From positions 61,010,001 through 61,074,000 of the forward strand of contig NC_058368.1 of assembly GCF_018350175.1 (NCBI RefSeq): DNA of 64,000 nucleotides. The letters are read 5' to 3'. The notes under the pieces are model-generated. The model was given only the letters and a program-made list of their open reading frames with translations, was not told the origin of the DNA and did no database searches. The DNA comes from Felis catus. Taxonomy: Eukaryota. Of this stretch, positions 59,053-64,000 are shown piece after piece (position 1 is the stretch's first letter; each line of letters starts with the position of its first letter). Made by a program: the position numbers and the translations under genes.

Positions 59053-61118
59053 AATAAGGTGTCAATGCTCTTGGTGATGTTGTCCACAGTACTGATTACC
59101 TTTTGTACAGAGGCAGGCATGACCCAAGTGTTTCTCTAGACATACTTTATGGTCCAGACATTGGCTTACTTGTTCAGGGAGAAATCCAGCCTGGGTTTGG
59201 TCTGATGCACTGATGAGTCCTTTGAATAATATGTCAGTTTGTTAGCCTTGTACTCTTAGTATTTCTTTGGATTCTGAGGGGAACTAGATATGCATCAGTG
59301 GAGAGTTCTGATAAGGATCTTGGTGCTCAGGTCATAGTTCTTGGGGCTAAATTGGAAATGTCAGTTTGTAGGCTTGGAGCTGATATTGAAGAAAATGGAA
59401 CAATTAAAAATTTCATAACAAGTTTCCATTCATGTCCTGTTAACATGTCAGACAAACACTTATTGAGTCTATACAAATATATTGCCATGAGTGTAAAATA
59501 ACCCAGTAAAAGTTTCCAAATTCTGGAGGGTACAACAAAGACAAAAATACAAACATTTTATTTCTGTTTGTAAAACCATAGTCTCCTAAATTGTTTTTGA
59601 GTTATATATAGCTTAAAAGAAGAGAAAGTGGTTCCGTATATCCAGAAAATAGAATATTATCATATTAGCAATACTCCAAACATAACTTAGTCATTTGGTT
59701 CTATGTATGTAATTCTTAGTCTGTTTGATCTTGGTTTAGCAATCTCATGACCACATTTGCTTCTCTACTAGAAATATGGAAAAATTTATTCTATTATGTG
59801 GTCTTCCACTTATTTATGAAATGCCTTCAGGAATCTCTACCCAAAACTACTTTACTGGATAGTAATTTTCAAAGCGTCTCTGAATCCCTTTTTATTAAAG
59901 AACTTTGTGGTAGCTGATTTGCAAGTACTTTCAGGGAAGCATCAGAGTAAAACAACTCTCTGTAGATGAAAAAGATCTAAAATCACTGTGGTTGACTTAC
60001 TAACGATAAATTTCAAAAGTGACAGACCTGATGAGATTTTATTGTAGGAACAATGTAACTGACAAGAAAATTTTCTTGTTTTTGTGACATGCAAAGCAAA
60101 CTGAAGTCAGTCAAAAAGAGTTTTATATAAAATATCTATAAACAAAATGAAAGTCTCTATTTTCAAGGAACAGGATATTACATCTAATTTATGAAAAAAG
60201 TTGAACATAATCTCCTTACAGAGAAAAAAATACCTGATGTATAATAACCCAGAGATCTACTGTATCATAATACACCAAGAATATATTAAGATTATCAAGT
60301 AAAAAGAGTAAGCCTGAGGAAGATACTAAGTAACTGTGTATTAATTTCATAAGTGATGTGAATCTCCAAGTGAAAACCACTAGAATATTCTGGATTCAAT
60401 TTAATAAGTAAAATTGTGACTAAATCAATATTTTAATAGCAACAGGAATTATGATGAATCATACTAAACTCTCATGGCCTAATATCAGGAAAATTAATAC
60501 CAGGACAGTGATAAACAAATAGAAACAGTGCAGTGACAAAGCTATGGAAATCTCATAGGATTTCTGCAATATTTACTACATTAATAACATTTTACTCAAA
60601 TTTAACCCTGTGAAGGGTTATTTGCTCTTCTGAGTTGATAGCACTTTCACTCTAACTCATATCAAATCACCTAATTATTTCTACCATCTCTCTTTATACA
60701 AGGTGAAAGAATAAATCCTTTGTGATATTCCCAGGAGCCCCCTTCACATGATAATTGCTTTTCCATCCCTTCTCTTTAAATTTGCATGTGTCTTTAGGTC
60801 TGAAATCAGACGCTTGTAGGTGGCATATAGATGGGTCTTATTTTTAACATCCATTCTGTCATTCTATGTCTTTTGATTAGAGCATTTATTTAGTCCATTT
60901 ACATTCAAAGTAATTATTGATAGGTATTTAATTATTGCCATTTTTTTACTTATTTATGGTTTTGTAATTCTCTGTTCCTCTATTTTACTTTATTCTCACA
61001 GTTTGCTGGCTTTCTTTTGTGATATACTTGGATTGCTTTCTCTTTCCCATTAATTTTTGTATAACATGTATATAGCAGTCTATATCAGGTTGATGGTTGC
61101 TTAAGTTTACATGTATTC

Positions 61119-61340
61119 TTTTTTTAATTTTTTTAAAATTTTATTTATTTTGAGAGAGACAGAGACAGTCTTAATTTGAGAGAGAGTGCGAGTGGGGGGA
61201 GAGAGAGAGGAGACAAAGAATCCCAAGCATCAGCGCTGCCCTGAAGTGGGGCTTGAACTCAGGATACTGTAGATCAAGATCATGACTGGAGTGCACACCA
61301 GGAGTCGGACATTTAACCGACTGAGCCATCCAGGTGCCCC
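61119..61340 (-). mobile_element. CAN-SINE in the L1 inter-ORF spacer
   Basis: 'ttaaccgactgagccatccaggtgcccc' head and a T-rich tail. Confidence 0.92.
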
Positions 61341-61514
61341 AAGTTTGAACCCATTCCTCACTCCTTTACCCCCATCATGTTTCAGGAATGTGATGTCCTA
61401 CTTTATATCCTTTTATTTTGTGAATGGCCTTGACTGATTTTTATAGATATACTTAATTTTACTGCTTTTATGCTTCCTATTTTCTTGCTCCTATTTATGG
61501 TCTTTCCTTTCCAC

Positions 61515-62403
61515 TCAAAAAGTCCCCTTTAACATTTCCTGTAAGGCTGGTTTATTTGCCATGAATTCCTTTAGCTTTTGTATGTCTGGAAGCTTCTTTA
61601 TTTCTCCTTCCATTCTGAATAGTAGCCTTACTGGATAGAGTATTCTTGGTTGCAGTTGGTTTTGTTTTGTTTTGTTTTTCTTTTTCAGCATTTTCAGTAT
61701 ATCATGCCACTCCCTTCTGGCCTGCAAAGTTTCTGCCGAGAAAATCGACAGCGTTATGGGGTTTCCCTTGTAACAGTTTTATTTTCTCTTGCTGCTTTTA
61801 ACACTGTCTTTCACTACTTTCTGCCATTTTAATTATAGTGTGTCATGTTGTAAACCTCTTTGGGCTGATTTTATTGGGGGATCTCTGTGCCGTCTGGATT
61901 TGGATTTCTGTTTCTTTTTCCACATTCAAGAAATGTTCAGCTATTATTTCTCCAAATACACCTTCTGCCTCCTTTTCTCTCTCTTCCGGGTTCCTTATAG
62001 GCAAATGTTATTAGGTTTGATGGTGTCACTCAGTTTCCTAAGTCAATTTTTATTTATTATTATTTTTTCTCTCTCCTGTTCAGCTTGACTACTTTCCATT
62101 ACTCTGTCCTCTAAGTTGCTGATCTGTTCTTCTGCTTCCTCTAGTCTAGTGTTTACTCCATGAGGTATATTTTTTTCTTTCATTTCCTGAGTTCTTCATC
62201 TCTGATTGGTTCCTTTTTTGTATTTTCAGTCTCTTTGTTGAGGGTCTCACTGAATCTGTCTACTCTTTTTCTCAAGTCCAATGAGTGTCTTTATGACCAT
62301 TGCTTTAAAGTCTCTATTGGGCATATTACTTATCTCCCTTTCATTTAGGTTTCTTGATGTGATTTTGTCTTGTTCTTTCATTTGGAATATATTCCTTTCA
62401 CAT
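61515..62403 (-). pseudogene. L1 ORF1p remnant
   Basis: QARREWHDILKML...LQPRILYPVRLLFRMEGEIKKLPDIQKLKEFMANKPALQEMLKGTF*; N-terminal NIFQMKEQDKITSRNLNEREISNMPNRDFK near 62300-62400. Confidence 0.88.
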
Positions 62404-64000
62404 TTTTTGTAACTGTGTGTCTATTTGATGTGTTAGGAAAGCCAGCTATGTCTCCTGCTCTTGAAAGTACTGGCCTTATGAAGAAGAGGTCCTCTAGTAC
62501 TGTGCAGGACAGTGTCCCCATTCACCAGAACCTGGAGCTACAAGTGTCCTGTGTGTGTTGCCTGTGCCCTGCTCTTGTGGCTGAGCTCATTTGCCTTCAG
62601 TCCAGTCACCTGCAATGGCTCTTCTTGACTTGTGAGCAAAGTTTGGTCCCATTGTTGTTAGTGAGCCAGTCTTGGGATGCCTTAGGCTTGAGTTGGGTCT
62701 GGCCAGGTGTTTGCCAGAGCTGCAGTGGCATTGAAATGCAGGGTGCTTTTTCCCTGTTGCCCCTGAGGAGCTTTTGTTGGTGGGTGGGGCCTGCAGTCAG
62801 ATCATATTTCTGCCCCCACCCAGCCCACTGTTGAGCCCACTGTTGTAGGACTGTTGTGTGTGGTTATCTTCCCCTCTCCCCAGGGCAGGAGTTACTTCGG
62901 AGTGGTGCTGGCACCTGTCAGGACTGCCTGCACGTGGCCAGGTTTGTGGCACTGCTTTGGATGGACTCCAGCCTCTGCTTACTGGAGGGGCTGGGTCTGC
63001 AAGAGAACTTTAGGTTGGTCCTGAGGTGTTACCAAGGTTTGTGCAGGTGTGTTGTGGGAGGGGACCTGCAACTGCCTGGGAAAAGGCCTGCTGGGTCAAA
63101 GGGGGCAGCTCTGCAGAACACAGGTAGGAATGAGAAAAGTTTACTCACTTCTGCTGTGGGAGGAGACCTGAAGCTGAGGCCTGGCCACAAGGGGTATGTC
63201 TGCAGAAGACTGGAGTGGGTGTCCTGTGAGCAACTTAGGTGGAAAGTGTTGGTACTGTGCTGGTTAGCCAGGTGTCTGTGTGTCTAGTCTGGGGGTTAGG
63301 GGAGGGAAATGGTGCCCACCAGCAATTTTTTTCCCAGAGAATTCTCCTAAAGATCCCTGCCCATCCAGCACACACGTGGAGATTAAGTGAATCTCCTTCT
63401 CTTATACCCCAGGTGTTTTTCAAACTGCTGCTTCTAGGGTATATTTCAGTGGGACTGTTTGTTGTGCTGTCGCTTTAAGGGTGGGGACTCTGTTTCCTAC
63501 TGCTTTCTTCCTTCTGCCAGAGCCCCGCCTGCTGACTATTAAAGTTCTACCTTATTAAGCCCTGCTGATTGTAATAAGTGGAGAGATTAGGCCCCTATGG
63601 TTGTCAAAGCTAAATGTTATGGGGATCCGTCTTCCTGTGAAGGCTTCTCTGTGCCTGGGGTGCCTGGTGTGGGGGTTCCTTTCTCTCCCCTCTTTGAGCC
63701 CACAGCATCTTTCCCTCCTTCCTGCAGACAGTTCTTTGGGTCCCTTTAGCTCCTGACCCTGTCTCCACCCTTTTTACCCTCTTCACTGTAGCTTCTTCTC
63801 TGCATTTAGCTTTGGAGAGTCTATTCTTACAGTCTCCTGGTCATTATCTGGGTTATTTACACTGTAATGGGTGTTGTCTAATTTTATCTATGGGACAATG
63901 TGTGCTTAGTATCTTCCTACTCAGTCATCTCCCTGTTTTTTTTTTTCTTTTTTTTAAAACAGAGAAAACCAAATTTATTTTTGCATAATTGCAGTATTTA

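Larger units (their letters stand above)
60741..63934 (-). mobile_element. Older L1 5' portion (5'UTR, ORF1, long inter-ORF spacer, first ~200 nt of ORF2)
   Basis: 5' end 'agggagatgactgagtaggaag' near 63934, ORF1 C-terminus (ORF 61515..61727), and ORF2 ATG at 60941 followed by YLSIITLNVNGLN. Confidence 0.92.

Noticed and set aside
4376..61340. Repeated ~200-bp units with tRNA-like A/B boxes, considered as tRNA genes or a CRISPR-like array
   Set aside because: They are dispersed tRNA-derived SINEs with tails and TSDs, with no cloverleaf ends and no regular repeat-spacer periodicity.
62370..63478. 154-aa and 143-aa plus-strand ORFs
   Set aside because: They are antisense frames of the L1 5'UTR with no recognisable protein features.

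Overview
Mammalian non-coding DNA, almost certainly from a cat or other felid, judged by CpG-rich SINEC_Fc-type CAN-SINEs and carnivore L1s. The window is AT-rich and dominated by interspersed repeats. It contains about 30 CAN-SINEs, two L1 5' halves (5'UTR, ORF1, start of ORF2; minus strand), many L1 3' fragments, a near-complete Tigger2-family transposon with both TIRs and a decayed transposase, Tigger MITEs (Tigger2a/MER28-like, MER44-like), a MER58 MITE, MaLR and ERVL solo LTRs, L2/MIR traces and microsatellites. I found no intact host gene, RNA gene or CRISPR-like array, and most ORFs in the track are SINE, L1 or microsatellite artefacts. Most L1s are on the minus strand, which would fit an intron of a plus-strand gene, but that is inference. 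I see no convincing new biological system. The notable features are retrotransposition footprints read directly from the sequence: an L1 3' transduction splitting an MLT1 LTR, a GC-rich polyadenylated retrocopy nested in a Tigger MITE nested in an old L1, three SINEs stacked at one target site (plus two double stacks), and a twin-primed 5'-inverted L1. There are also several weak exon candidates. Repeat family names come from recalled consensus sequences, not a database search.
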